Shown: positions 28,401 through 41,639 of the stretch, piece after piece | Layout of the letters: every line of letters starts with the position of its first letter | Numbering within the stretch: position 1 is the stretch's first letter | DNA from: Torpedo marmorata | Taxonomy: Eukaryota | NCBI GenBank assembly: GCA_977017645.1 | Contig: OZ360221.1 | Span: forward strand, 136,834,001-136,898,000 | DNA length: 64,000 bases | Reading direction: 5' to 3' | Notes under the pieces: model-generated | Told to the model about the DNA's origin: nothing | Databases searched by the model: none | Seen by the model: only the letters and a program-made list of their open reading frames with translations | Program-made: the position numbers and the translations under genes

Positions 28401-31400
28401 CACAAGGACAGCTTCTTCCCCGCTGCCATCAGATTCCTGAATAATCAATGAACCAAAGACACTGCCTTACTTTTCGTGCACTATTATTTATAATTTTTTA
28501 TAGTAATGTCATAAGATGGTTAATATGAATGTTAATTGCACTATGATGCTGCCGCAAAACACTGAATTTCATGACTTGTTCATGACAATAAATTCTGATT
28601 CTGATTCTGATTCTGATGAGGAGTGGGTCATGTTCCCCCGACTTCCTCCTGAAGTCAACAATCATCTCCTTGGTTTTGCTGACGTTGAGCGCAAGGTTGT
28701 TGTTGTTACACCATTCAACGAGCTGATCTATCTCCCTCCTGTACGCTTCCTCATTGCCGTTTGTGATTCTGCCGACAACTGTGGTGTCATCGGCAAACTT
28801 GTAGATGGCATTGGAATTGTGCCTGGCCACACAGTCATGGATGTATAACGAGTAGAGTAGTGGACTAAGCACGCATCCTTGGGGGGGGGGGGGGTGGGGG
28901 GCGCCTGTGTTGCCAGTAAGAAACAAAATAAGCTAAATAAACATGAAAACTATAAAACAAGAAATTATCTTTAGCCTGGTGTGTTTTGGAATGGTATTTG
29001 AGATATTTGCTGAATAGTTTAGTTGAAATACAATCAGTAGTATATCTGCAATCTTTGGGGCTAATTCACTGTTTTTCAAAATATCAGTCAAGCTATACAT
29101 ACATTTTTATCTATGCTGCTAACTCATGAAAGAGTTTTCTCCAATCAACTATTCTTATAAACCCATTAAAGCCAGAAAAAAATAAACAGATTCATGTTGC
29201 TTATCAATGCAAAACATTCACACATTTTCCTACCTTTGCATCTGCTCTTGATGGGTAGTCAAAATACACATCGTTAAATTCCACAATCCCTTTAATTTGA
29301 TCAGGCTTGTATCCTTCCTCTGAGAAATTGTCTATAGCAGGTTTCTAAGAGAAAAACCAAACAAGATTATCATACAATATTGTACAGAAACTATATTTTA
29401 GACTTTCTTTTTATGGTGGAATGGAAATTTATATTTTAAAAATATTATTGAATTTTTAGAAAAATCAAAGCAAAATTGCACTGCAAGAGAACAGTGCAGA
29501 CAACAGAAAGAGAAATAGACAACCAACATACTTATATTGCTGCCAAACTGTATACTCTAACATCTATTTTCTTCTTAGTGTCAACAGCTGCTTAGATCTG
29601 TAGCACTGCTTATTAGAGGTATTCTTGATCTTACACTTTTCAATATACAGTATCAGCAAAATTACATTCTCTGAAGTTTCACTCTGGTTGACCAGCAGGG
29701 AAACATTTATGTTTTATGGTTTATCTGCCAGTATTTTGCAGGGTCAAGACAATAATAAGATTCTTCCTAGGTCCACAGCTCTGTGGAACCATTGAATTAT
29801 CCCAGTCTTCCTTCTACAATCTATGGAATTTTAATGTTAATGCCGACATCCCCTAATCACCAATTTAACTTATTTTTACTTTTACCCTTTCCATTCTGAC
29901 AAGGCCATGTCTGTAATCCTTAGTTTTTTGTCTCAGTATCTCTTTTTTTTACACAAAGTATGAGGAAGATGAGGGTTATTTTTTAAACAATCAAAGTTAG
30001 ATTTTCAAAAGCTTGACCAACAATGCCTGCCACATGAGTGTTTTTTAAAATATCAGCTCCCTTCAATAACTTCAAGAATTGTTCCATCCGAAAGTTCACG
30101 ACTTTCCAGCTATAGTTAAAGCTGAAATTGTGATGTTCTTTTCTTGAGTAACCTTTAGTTTAACTATTTTTGAGTTCTGGGTAATCCAGCACAATTTATG
30201 TTAAACATTAATGTTTAAATAAAAGGAAGATGCACAAACTTGAGTGATGTATTTTAATGACATTTGGAGAATTAAAATAATCATATTTACCTAAAAGTTC
30301 TGAGACTTTTCTTGGTGCTCAGAGCTAATATTTTTCATTTATTAGATACATTAATATTACAAGATATAGGAACAGAACTACCCCATTTGGCACATTGAGT
30401 CTTCTCTGCCATTTGATCGTGGCTGATTTATTTTTCCCTCTCAAACCCATTCTCTGTAAACCTTGACACCCTTTCTAATCAAAAACATAGCAACTTCCGC
30501 TTTAAATATACTCAGTGACTTGGTCTCCACGGCTGTCTGTGGCAGAATAAACTCCCTCTGGCCAAAGAACATACTCCTCATCTCTGTTCTAAATGGATGT
30601 ATTTTTTTTCTAAGGCTGTGCCCCCTTGCCTTAGACTCTCCCATTACTGGAAACATCCACTCAAAATCCACTTTATTCAGCCATTTCAATATTTTGTACA
30701 TTTCAATAAGACGGCCACCCTCCATTCTTTTAAATTCCAGTGAGTACAAGCCCAAAGCAATCAAACGCTCCTCATATGTTCATCCTCTTATCCCTGGAAT
30801 CATTCTGGTAAACCTCTTCTGAACTCTCTCCAACACCAGTAAATCCTTCCTTGTGAAGAATTAATAACCATACAATTTTCTTTTCTTGCAATATTAATGT
30901 AAATCTAATAATAATGTTTAAATTTGCATATTTTTATCTCTGATATTATAAAATCCGATAGCAAAATTTAATGCCATTTGTCTTTCTAGAATGCATTGCT
31001 GGGGGTGGTGGTGGAGGCTGGTACAATGGGGACATTCTAAAGACTCTTCAATAGGCACATAGATGTAAAAAAAATAAAGGTTTATGGATGTGAGGTAAGT
31101 AAAAATTAGATTGTTGTGACATAGGGTAAGATAGGATGGCACAACATCGTGGGCTGAAGGCCTGTACTGTGCTGTCATGTTCTATGTTCTATATTTGAAT
31201 CAATTTCTGGCTTTTAAACTTCATGGCCTCTCCAGTGTTTCCATCACTCTTTCTAAAATCATGAAATTAGATTTGCAGTCTGCACATCTTCCACAGAAAG
31301 ATGGAGCTGAATAAATGAACATGCTTAAACCAACAAATCTGTTAGATGGAAATAAAAAACAAATACTCTTCTATGCATTGTGCTTCTGCATTATGACCAA

Positions 31401-34400
31401 AATACACAAATGCTTTTTTTCATCATTCATGTAAGAGTGATGTAAAATCTTTTTCAGCTGTTGTCATTTAATATGTAATGTCTTAGCATACAGCACAGAG
31501 AAACAAAATTTATCATTTTCTTCTTTACCTCCTCGAGAATTTTATATATTTCAAACGCAGCTCCTCTTGCATTAGAGAATGCTTCAATATATGGTGCAGT
31601 TTGACCAACAGAAAATGTTCCAAAGGTGACACAGAAAAATATCTAAAAACACAGATGAAATACGTTAGAAGCATGGCATATACATTTCAGATATAATTTT
31701 GAAGGATTCAAATTCTGGAGAGGTAGGATTATTACAATTTGGGAAAAGTGAAAATATTGGATGTAATTTGCAACTTTGTAGGAGATAGAAAACGAGCAAT
31801 GCTGGACTGTTATACGAGTTATTCACACTGTCAAATTTTCCTTTACTTAAATGAGGGAGAGCTTATCTGGCAGAGTGTGGAATAGTTGGAATCTCTGCTA
31901 CCTGTTAATTATCCTTGCAGATATTTGTAATAAGTTTCAATTATGAAAAAAACTTCTCCAAAGTTGGAAAATCTTGCTTCAGTCAACCCATTTTCATTTT
32001 TTGTAAAGCACATTATAATGAAAGGCTGCCATTCCCAGCAGTTGATATTGCCATCTCCACCCTCCTGTTAAGGTTAAGGCAATAATTCTCTTTTGGGTGG
32101 TATTCAAATACTTAATGGAGCCCATGTAAATAAGCAGACATGTTCAGTCTTATTCATAATACTCCTCCCAGTTGAAATGGTGGCTTAGTCGGTTCATTTG
32201 TGAAGTAAAGTTACATGGACAAGTTTGAAAAATGTTCCTGAGAACCATGCAGTTTTAATGTGACATAAACTAGCAAGCTGATCAGTGGAGTTTGGAGACA
32301 TGGAAATAAAAATGGTGTGTTCAAAGGCTGCTGATTCTTCATTAGCCATTTTGTACTCTCGCACAAAAATAAAATCAAATTTACTGAATTTTAAATTGAA
32401 GAGCAAGTGGGGTCTACTTATTTCCCTTATCCGACTGTCTATGAGCCACATAGCAATTGCAGACATACAAGGATGACCTATAAACATTTCTTCCTAATTC
32501 ACACATCCTGGTATTTGTAGAACAGCATCTACCATCAACATTAGGGCATGGAAAAGCAAAAGCACTTTAAAAATATTTTCACAATAAGCAACTGAATAAG
32601 AAACATTTAGAATAACCTTATAAGGTATTAATCAAACTGCAAAGTTGCTTTTGATAATTATTGAGCTTACAGTCAGGACTGTTCCAATGGTGTATCCAGA
32701 GTTCTCAAGGACCAATGTAGATCCATACCAAAATCCAATTCCGTATGATCCAAATATTATAAAATAAGCAAACCCAACTGAGAGATTGGATGCAATGGCC
32801 TTCTTTATTCCAATTTTTTTGGCTTTTCCTAAATTCCTATGGTACCTTTAGAATACATCAAGAACAGAAAATGATTTATTCAAGAACTGAACTATTAATA
32901 CCCTTGATAGCTATCAATGTTCATTGTGCAAACCTTTCAGTTTCTTTCTTTTGGCCTCCAAAGGCAACTACTGTTCTGATCGCCCCCAACACTTCTTCTG
33001 CAACTTCTCCGGCTTTTGCATAAGCTGACATCTCCAGGTTAGTGAATGAGACTGTGAGCTGAACATAGAAAATATTGAAACTAGATTTTGTCTTACAATA
33101 TTTATCTTGTCATAAATTGTAAATAATTCTGAAGATAAAGTTATGTTGAAATAATGAAATTGATAACCTGCATGCTAACAATCTGAACACCATCCTTCCA
33201 AATTTAAGGAACGGGATTGGATCCTTAAAAACGAGATCACTGCTCCAATATTCAAACTAACTGTTTAAAATTTCAGCACATACATTGACAACATAGGGGC
33301 TCAACTGTCACGATTTCTTGCCATTTTATGAGATCAGAGCTGATCAGTTTTTCAAACCCTTGCCAGCTTCCTCTTAAATCCTTCACAAATAAAACATGTC
33401 AATCTCAATTTTTAAATTAAACATTTTCTTAGCCTGAAAAATTTGTGTGCAGAACTGGTTCTGGCTGTCATCCTGAAGAGCCAGGTTCTAAGATTAAAAG
33501 TGATGTTTCCTTCTTCTTTGCTCCCCATCAGGTCAATAGTATCTATCTTCTCAAATCAATTAATTTTATGAAATATCTCATGTAAAATATGATTTCATTT
33601 TCTAAGCACAAATACAATCTAATCTATTTAACCTGTCCTTACAGTTTAATTATTTAAAGTTTAAAGCTTAATATCATTCTAATAAATTCATAGTATCCCC
33701 TTCAAGTCCAGTCTACATCACCCGAGGTGAATGTGGTACCCAATATACAGTCCACGTATGAACACTGTGGAGTAACACTGATCATACCTTGTAAAAATTG
33801 GAAAATATGAATGGTAACTGTTCATTTGACATCTATCTTTTAAATTTAGAATAAATTAAGTCATCTATATTAATACATAAATATTTTCATTTTACAAAGT
33901 GTTGTCATTATTTAATAGTTCACTTGTATATTCAAATGAATAGACATGTAAGATTACATCAGGCACCCCAACAAGAGAAACACATTTGTTCAAAGCAGAC
34001 AAACAATCTGACATTTTATGATGACTACCTATCCCAGGATAGGAAAGACCATAATTTTTAAGAGATGCTGTGAAATGTCAGAGGTGTGCTTATTCTCCAA
34101 ACATAATATCACACTGCAGCAAAATGATGGCTGAAGAACGGAAAATTTGTTTTACCTGTCAAAATAATGATTGGGTTCCACTGCTGAGATGCAGAAGTGT
34201 GAGTTTGTTTGGAGCTCCTTATCTAGTATGAAGAACCATTTTAGTTCAAGGACATGTCTACCCTGGTTTCACCTTCCCTGTCAAATTGCAAATGATCCAT
34301 GCCATTTTTTAAACAAAGAGCAGGGGACACTTTTAGTGTATAACATATAACCCTCATCTAATATTACCACGACAAATTAGTTATTTTTATTTCAAAATTT

Positions 34401-37400
34401 TTGCATCGCTGCTATGCACAAAGTTAGTGTTATGTTTGCTTATATTTTAACAATGACTATTTTGATATAGTTAATTAGAACCAGAGTACCATAGAACATT
34501 ACAGCACAGAAACAGGCCCTTCGGCCTTTCTAGTTCGTGCGGAACTATTATTTTACCTAGTCCCACTGACCTGCACCCAGAACATAGTCCTCCATACCTC
34601 TCCCATCCATGTATCTGTCCAAATTCTTCTTAAATTTTAAAATTGAGCCTGCATTCACCACTTCAGCTGGCAGCTCGTTCCACACTCCAACCACTCTCTG
34701 TGTGAAGAAGTTCCCCCTAATGTTCCCCCGAAACCTTTCCCCTTTCACCCTGAACCCATGTCCTCTGGTTTGATCTCACATATCCTCAGTGGAAAAAGCC
34801 TACCTACATTTACTCTGTCTATACCCCTCATAATTTTAAATATCAAATCTCCCCTCATTCTTTGACGCTCCAGGGAATAAAGTCCTAACATGTTTAACGT
34901 TTCACTGTAACTCTCTTCCTGAAGTCTGGAGAACATCCTAGTAAATCTTCTCTGCACTCTCAATCTTATTGATATCTTTCCTGTAGTTAGGTGACCAAAA
35001 CTGCACACAATACTCCAAATTTGGCCTCACCAAAGTCTTATACAACTTTGCCATAACATCCCAGCTCCTATACTCAATACTTTGATTTATGAAGGCCAAT
35101 ATACCAAAATCTCTCCCTACAACCCTATCTACCTGTGACGCCACTTTCAGGGAATTATGTATCTGTATTCTCAGATCCCTCTTTTCTACTGCACTCCTCA
35201 GTGATAGAATGTAAAGAAAGGAGTTAAGCATTTTGAGACGAAAGAAGGACTTGGGTGCCTGTGTATTGAGGGGAGAAACAGACAGATGGGAACCATTAGC
35301 TGCCTGTGGAAATTTAGCTGTCTGACATACCAGAAATACTGGGAGGAAGATAGTGGTAACCATATAACCATATAACAATTACAGCACGGAAACAGGCCAT
35401 TAGGCCCTTCTAGTCCGCACCGAACCAAAACTCCTCTCTAGTCCCACCTACCTGCACCCTGCCCATAACCCTTCACTTCCTTCTCATCCATATACCTGTC
35501 CAACTTTTTCTTAAATAATAAAATTGACTCTGCCGCCACTACTTCTCCCGGAAGCTCATTCCACACCACTACCACTCTGAGTAAAGAAGTTCCCCCTCAT
35601 GTTACCTCTAAACCTCTGCCCCTTAACTCTTAACTCATGTCCTCTTGTTTCAATCTCTCCTACTCTTAATGGAAATAGTCTATCCACATCCACTCTGTCT
35701 ATCCCTTTCATAATCTTAAATACCTCTATCAAATCCCCTCTCAACCTTCTACGCTCCAAAGAATAAAGACCTAATCTGCTCAATCTCTCCTTGTACTCGA
35801 GATGCTTAAACCCAGGTAACATTCTGGTAAATCTTCTCTGCACTCTCTCCACTCTGTTGATATCCTTCCTATAATTTGGCGACCAGAACTGCACACAGAA
35901 CTCTAAACTAGGCCGCACCAACGCCTTATATAATCTCAACATCACTTCCCAACTCCTATATTCTATGCAATGATTGATAAATGGCAGCATACTAAAAGCC
36001 TTCTTCACCACCCTATTCACATGAGTTTCTACCTTCAGGGAACGATGCACCGTTATTCCTAAATCTTTCTGCTCTTCTGTATTCATCAATGCTCTCCCAT
36101 TTACTACATATGTCCTGTTCTGATTCTTCTTACCAAAATGAAGCACCTCACACTTATCAGCATTAAACTCCATCTGCCATTTTTCAGCCCACTTTTCTAA
36201 GCAGCCCAAATCCCTCTGCAATCCTTGAAAACCTTCTTCATTATCCACTATTCCACCTATCTTATTATCGTCTGCATATTTACTAATCCAGTTTACCACC
36301 CCATCATCTAGATCATTAATGTATATAACAAACAACAATGGGCCCAATACAGATCCCTGAGGCACACCGCTGGTCACCGGCCTCCAACCTGACAGACAAT
36401 TATCCACTACCACTCTCTGGCCTCTCCCTTTCAGCCAATGTTCAATCCATTTGACTATCCCAAAATTTATACCTAAAGACTGCACCTTCCTAACTAACCT
36501 TCCATGTGGTAGCTTATCGAAGGCCTTACTGAAGTCCATATAGACAACATCCACGGTGCTACCCTCATCCACATTCCTAGTCACCTCTTCAAAAAATTCA
36601 ATCAGATTGGTCAAACAGGACCTTCCGCTCACAAATCCGTGTTGAGTGTTCCTGATCAGACCCTGTAACATCCCATACTAAGCTGTTTCTGCTAAAAAAA
36701 GCTGTTCAAGGTTGTTTAAAATAACTATGTCTCCCTCACAAAAGGCCTTCTGAGATTTTGCAGAGCAAAGCAAATTAGAGAAGAATTGATTAACTTGTTT
36801 TCGAGAATCGATCATTTTGTTTATGACAAAACGACTAGTGGTATCAGGGCAGCTGCAGCACAGGGCATAAAATGAGTTGGTTGCTAAGACAACTGCATTC
36901 CTGCTTAAGATAAATTGGATTCCAAGGCTACCCTGTGCTAGTCGAGAAGGATAGTTATGTCTCTCTTCTAAGATGCTCTGTGAAAGTTTACATTTATGCT
37001 TATGTATACTTTTTGACCAATCCTGTATAATTTTGCCCACCTTTTGAAAGTATAAAAAACCGTGTCTCTTTTGTCTTGTTGGAGACCTCTGATGCAGCCT
37101 CTTTGAAAGTGCAGAAGGAGAGATCTCCCAGGTAGCTTGCTATTCAATAAACTGCTTTACTTATTTACTGCATTCGTCATGCTGTGTGTTTTGTTACAGC
37201 GGGCAGCGATCACACTTTGGCAAGCCAGCCAGCAGTGGGAAGAAGGGGGTTAGGCATTTTGAGACGAAAGAAGGACTGGGTGCCTGTGTACTGAGGGGAG
37301 AAACAGACGGATGGGGATCATTAACTGGCTATTGAAAATTAGATGCTTGTTAATACCAGAAATACTGGGGGAGAAATAGTATAACAGTCTGCTAGCTGCT

Positions 37401-40400
37401 TGTTTGAGATAACTGTTCCAAGGTTGCTCGAGATAATTATGTCTCCATCACAGAAGGCCTTGTGAGAGTTTGCAGCAAGCAAATTGAAGAAATTGAATTA
37501 ACTTGTTTTAAGGAGGCAGCTAGTCGGTATCAGGGCAGATGCGGTACGGGGCATAAGATGTGTTGGTTGCTAAGACAACTACATTCCTGTTTGAGATAAC
37601 CACATCCAAGGCCACCCTGTGCTAGTCACAAAAGATAACTATGTCTTTATACCAAGACGCTCTGTGACAGTTTGCATTTATGCTTATGTATGCTTTTTTA
37701 TGCTTATGTATGCTTTTTGACCAATCCTGTAGAATTATGATTAGGTCACTATGTTGTGTTATGGACCATGACTAACCATTTGGACTGCAGATGGTCAGCA
37801 GGAAGGATGAAGTCTTTTGGAGTACACACTGGGACCAGGAACTGAAAGAGTTAACTTGCCCAGGACTTGGTGTACCCAGAGAGAGAGAGAGACCAGAGAG
37901 AGACAGGCTGTGGAAAAGATACTTTGTTGCACTTTTGCAAAAGCAGGTGCAGACATCTGCAAAAAGCAGGCAGTTTGGAGTTGCAAAGGCTAGAGAACAC
38001 AGCAAAATCCAGGCTTGTGCATCCCAGAGAAAAGGCTGGAAGAATAGCACATGGCCTCCTGTCTCAGAGAAATCCTGAGTTAAAGCAACTTTTGTGGAGA
38101 ACAGGCGTGAGATCAGCGAGACCAGCTGTGAGATCCAAGCACACGCCTCAATCAGTGGTATACTGATTTGGAGTCACAATCCTCGTGAATCTCTACCAAA
38201 AGGGAAAGTCATCAGAGAAGAAAAAAACAAGCCAAGTATTCGTAAGCATAAACAGTCATTGTCTCTCTCCAACGTTCATTGAAAAGTCCTTCTAGCAGCA
38301 CACAGAGCTGAATTTGGAACCTGAACTTAGAGAGTGAATTTTTGTGGACTGTATTATATATATATATTTTTTATTTTTATTTTATTTAAACTTTTAAATC
38401 ACAAAATACATAAGATAAAATATAAAATTATCAAAATACATGTGATATATTTTCACCCCCCCACCCTCCCTCCCCTCCCCAACCCCCCCATCCCCACTAA
38501 TCTAGTAAATATAAAATAAAAGTAAAAATAGAAAAAAGAAAGGAAGAAAAAGATGGAAAAAGGGGAATATCATCTATAAACTAATTCTATTATGGAGGTC
38601 AAATGTGCCAGTAGATCCGATATCCAGAGATCTTCAGATCCTTAAACCCACAGCTCTCATATATGGGCTCCAAATTTTCAAAAAGAAATGATATTTATTA
38701 CGTAAATTATAAGTAATTTTTTCCAGAGGTATACACGAACGGAGCTCTGCATGCCATCTTTCTAATCCTAAATCTAAGTCAGATTTCCAAGTAATAGCAA
38801 TGCATTTTTTCGAAACAGCTAAAGCAATTCGTAAAAATTCTACTTGAAACATATTTAATTTCTTTTTAATACTAAATTTTTTAATATCTCCAAATAAAAA
38901 TAACATAGGATCCACTGGAAATGTAATATTAAATATTTTATCTAAATTTTTTTAAACTTTCAACCAAAAATCTTGAATCTTTGGACAAAACCATGTAGAA
39001 TGAACAAAAGAACCTTCCTCATTATTGCATCTAAAACATAATCCTGATAATGTCGGATTAAATTTCTTTAATTTTTTAGGTGTTAAATATAATTGATGAA
39101 AGAAATTATATTGTACTAGTCTATATCTAACATTAATAATCTTCGTCATACTTAACTTACATAAATCTTTCCAGTGATTTTCATCTATATTTACATTTAA
39201 ATCTAATTCCCATTTTAATCTTGATTTATGCAATCCTATTTTAGGCATTTTCCTCTGAAACAACTTATACATTTGAGAAATAAATTTATTAACATCTCCA
39301 TTAGTAACTAATAATTCTAATTCATTTTGTCTTGGTAAATCTTTCCAGTGATTTTCATCTATATTTACATTTAAATCTAATTCCCATTTTAATCTTGATT
39401 TATGCAATCCTATTTTAGGCATTTTCCTCTGAAACAACTTATACATTTGAGAAATAAATTTATTAACATCTCCATTAGTAACTAATAATTCTAATTCATT
39501 TTGTCTTGGTAAAATCAAAGCATAACCTAATTTCTCAGTCAAAAAAGCTTTAACTTGATAATAAGCTAAAAATGTATTATCTGGTATATTAAATTTATCT
39601 TTCATTCTTTGAAACGTAATAAATTTTCCAGCTTCAAAACAATCATTTATCTTCTTAATACCTTTTTGAAACCAAATTTTAAGTAACTTATTATTAACAG
39701 TAAATGATATAAGTCCATTTTGATATAATGGCATATTTGAAGAAATTTAATCCTCTTCCACCTATCTCTTTATCCATCTTACCCCATATTTCTAACAAAT
39801 GTTTAATAATCGGTGAATTTTTCTTTTTTAATAATATTAATTTAGAATCCCATTTATAAATAATTTATTCTTTAAAATTTTCTCCTATATTATTTAATTC
39901 TATTTTAATCCAAGCAGAAGATTTAGTTAAATCAAAAAATTCATTAACAAATTTCAGTTGAGCTGCTTTATAATAATTTTGAAAATTAGGAAATTGCAAT
40001 CCACCCATCTCATAATTCCAGGTTAACTTTTCCATACTTACTCTTGCTAACTTTCCTTTCCATAAAAATTTCCTAACAATAAAATTTAAATATTTAAATT
40101 TTTTTTCAGGAATTCCAAAAGGAATTGATTGAAAAAGATACTGCACTCTTGGAAAAATATTCATTTTAATACAATTTACCCTTCCCATTAAAGTTATGGG
40201 TAAATCTTTCCAATTCTCTAGATCTTTCTTTATTTTCACAAATAATGGTAAATAATTTAATTTATATAAATTTTCCAATTTTGTATCAACCTTAACCCCC
40301 AAATATTTAATTCCTTCTTTAGCCCATTTAAATTGTGTAATTTCTTTACATCTAGTATAATCACCCTGAGATAAAGCCATTATTTAACTTTTATCAGAAT

Positions 40401-41594
40401 TAATTTTATACCCAGATATTTCACCATATTCTCTTAATATAATAGATAGTTGTTGAAGTGATATAATAGATTTTGTCATATATATCAATACATCATCTGC
40501 AAACAAACTAATCTTATGTTCTTCCATACCAACTTTAATACCCACTATCTTAGGATCTTTTCTAACTAATTCAGCCAAGGGTTCTATCGCCAAAACAAAT
40601 AAAGCTGGTGACAGGGGACATCCCTGTCTCGTAGAACGTGTCAAAGAAAATTTTGGCGATATTTGTCCATTTGTAATTACTTTAGCTAATGGTTCTTTAT
40701 ATATAGTTTTAATCCAATTTATAAATGTATTTCCAAAACCAAATTTTTTTAATACCTTAAATAAAAAATTCCATTCTAATCTATCAAAAGCCTTTTCAGC
40801 ATCTAATGTTACAATTAATGGTAAATCTTGCTTCTTTTTATGCAAACTAATTAAACTAATTAGTCTAGTTATATTATCCTTTGAATATCAATTTTTAATA
40901 AAACCAGCTTGATCTATATGTATCAAATTTGGCAAATATTTAGCCATTCTGTTTGGTAAAATTTTTGCCATTATTTTATAATCTACATTTAATAGTGAAA
41001 TAGGTCTATATGATTCAGTTTTTAATACATCTCTATCCTTCTTTGGTATAACTGTAATTATAGCATTTAAAAATGTTTTTGGTAATGAATGAGTTTCCGT
41101 AATTTGATCTAATACCTCCATATATGGAGGTATCAATAAATCTTTAAATTCTTTATAAAATTCTGATGAAAACCCATCATCACCCGGAGATTTACCACTC
41201 ATCAGCGAAGAAAAAACTTCACTAACTTCCCTCATTGTGAAAGGCAAATCTAAAGAATCTCTACTCCGAATATTCAATTTAGGTAATACAATTTTAGATA
41301 GGAATCTATTAATTTTAGAATCATCTTGATCAATCTGCGATTTATATAAATTCTGATAATAATCTTTAAAAGTTTCATCTATCTCTTGAGGTTTATAAGT
41401 TAATTCTCCAGTATTTTTCTTCCTTATAGCATTTATAGTTTTAGAAACTTGTTCTTTTTTTAATTGCCATGCCAAAACCTTATGTGTGTATTATATTTTT
41501 TTGACTGACTTGTTTTTATGACTGACCTGGGGTTTTTGGGGAAAGTTTTTCCATTTTTACATGAGGGTTTGGCACAGACTGTAATGGTCTGGGC

Positions 41595-41639
<45 letters not shown>

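Noticed and set aside
28880-28902. Poly-G run as a functional G-quadruplex
   Set aside because: Homopolymer expansion inside a dead Rex1 RT region; no further support.
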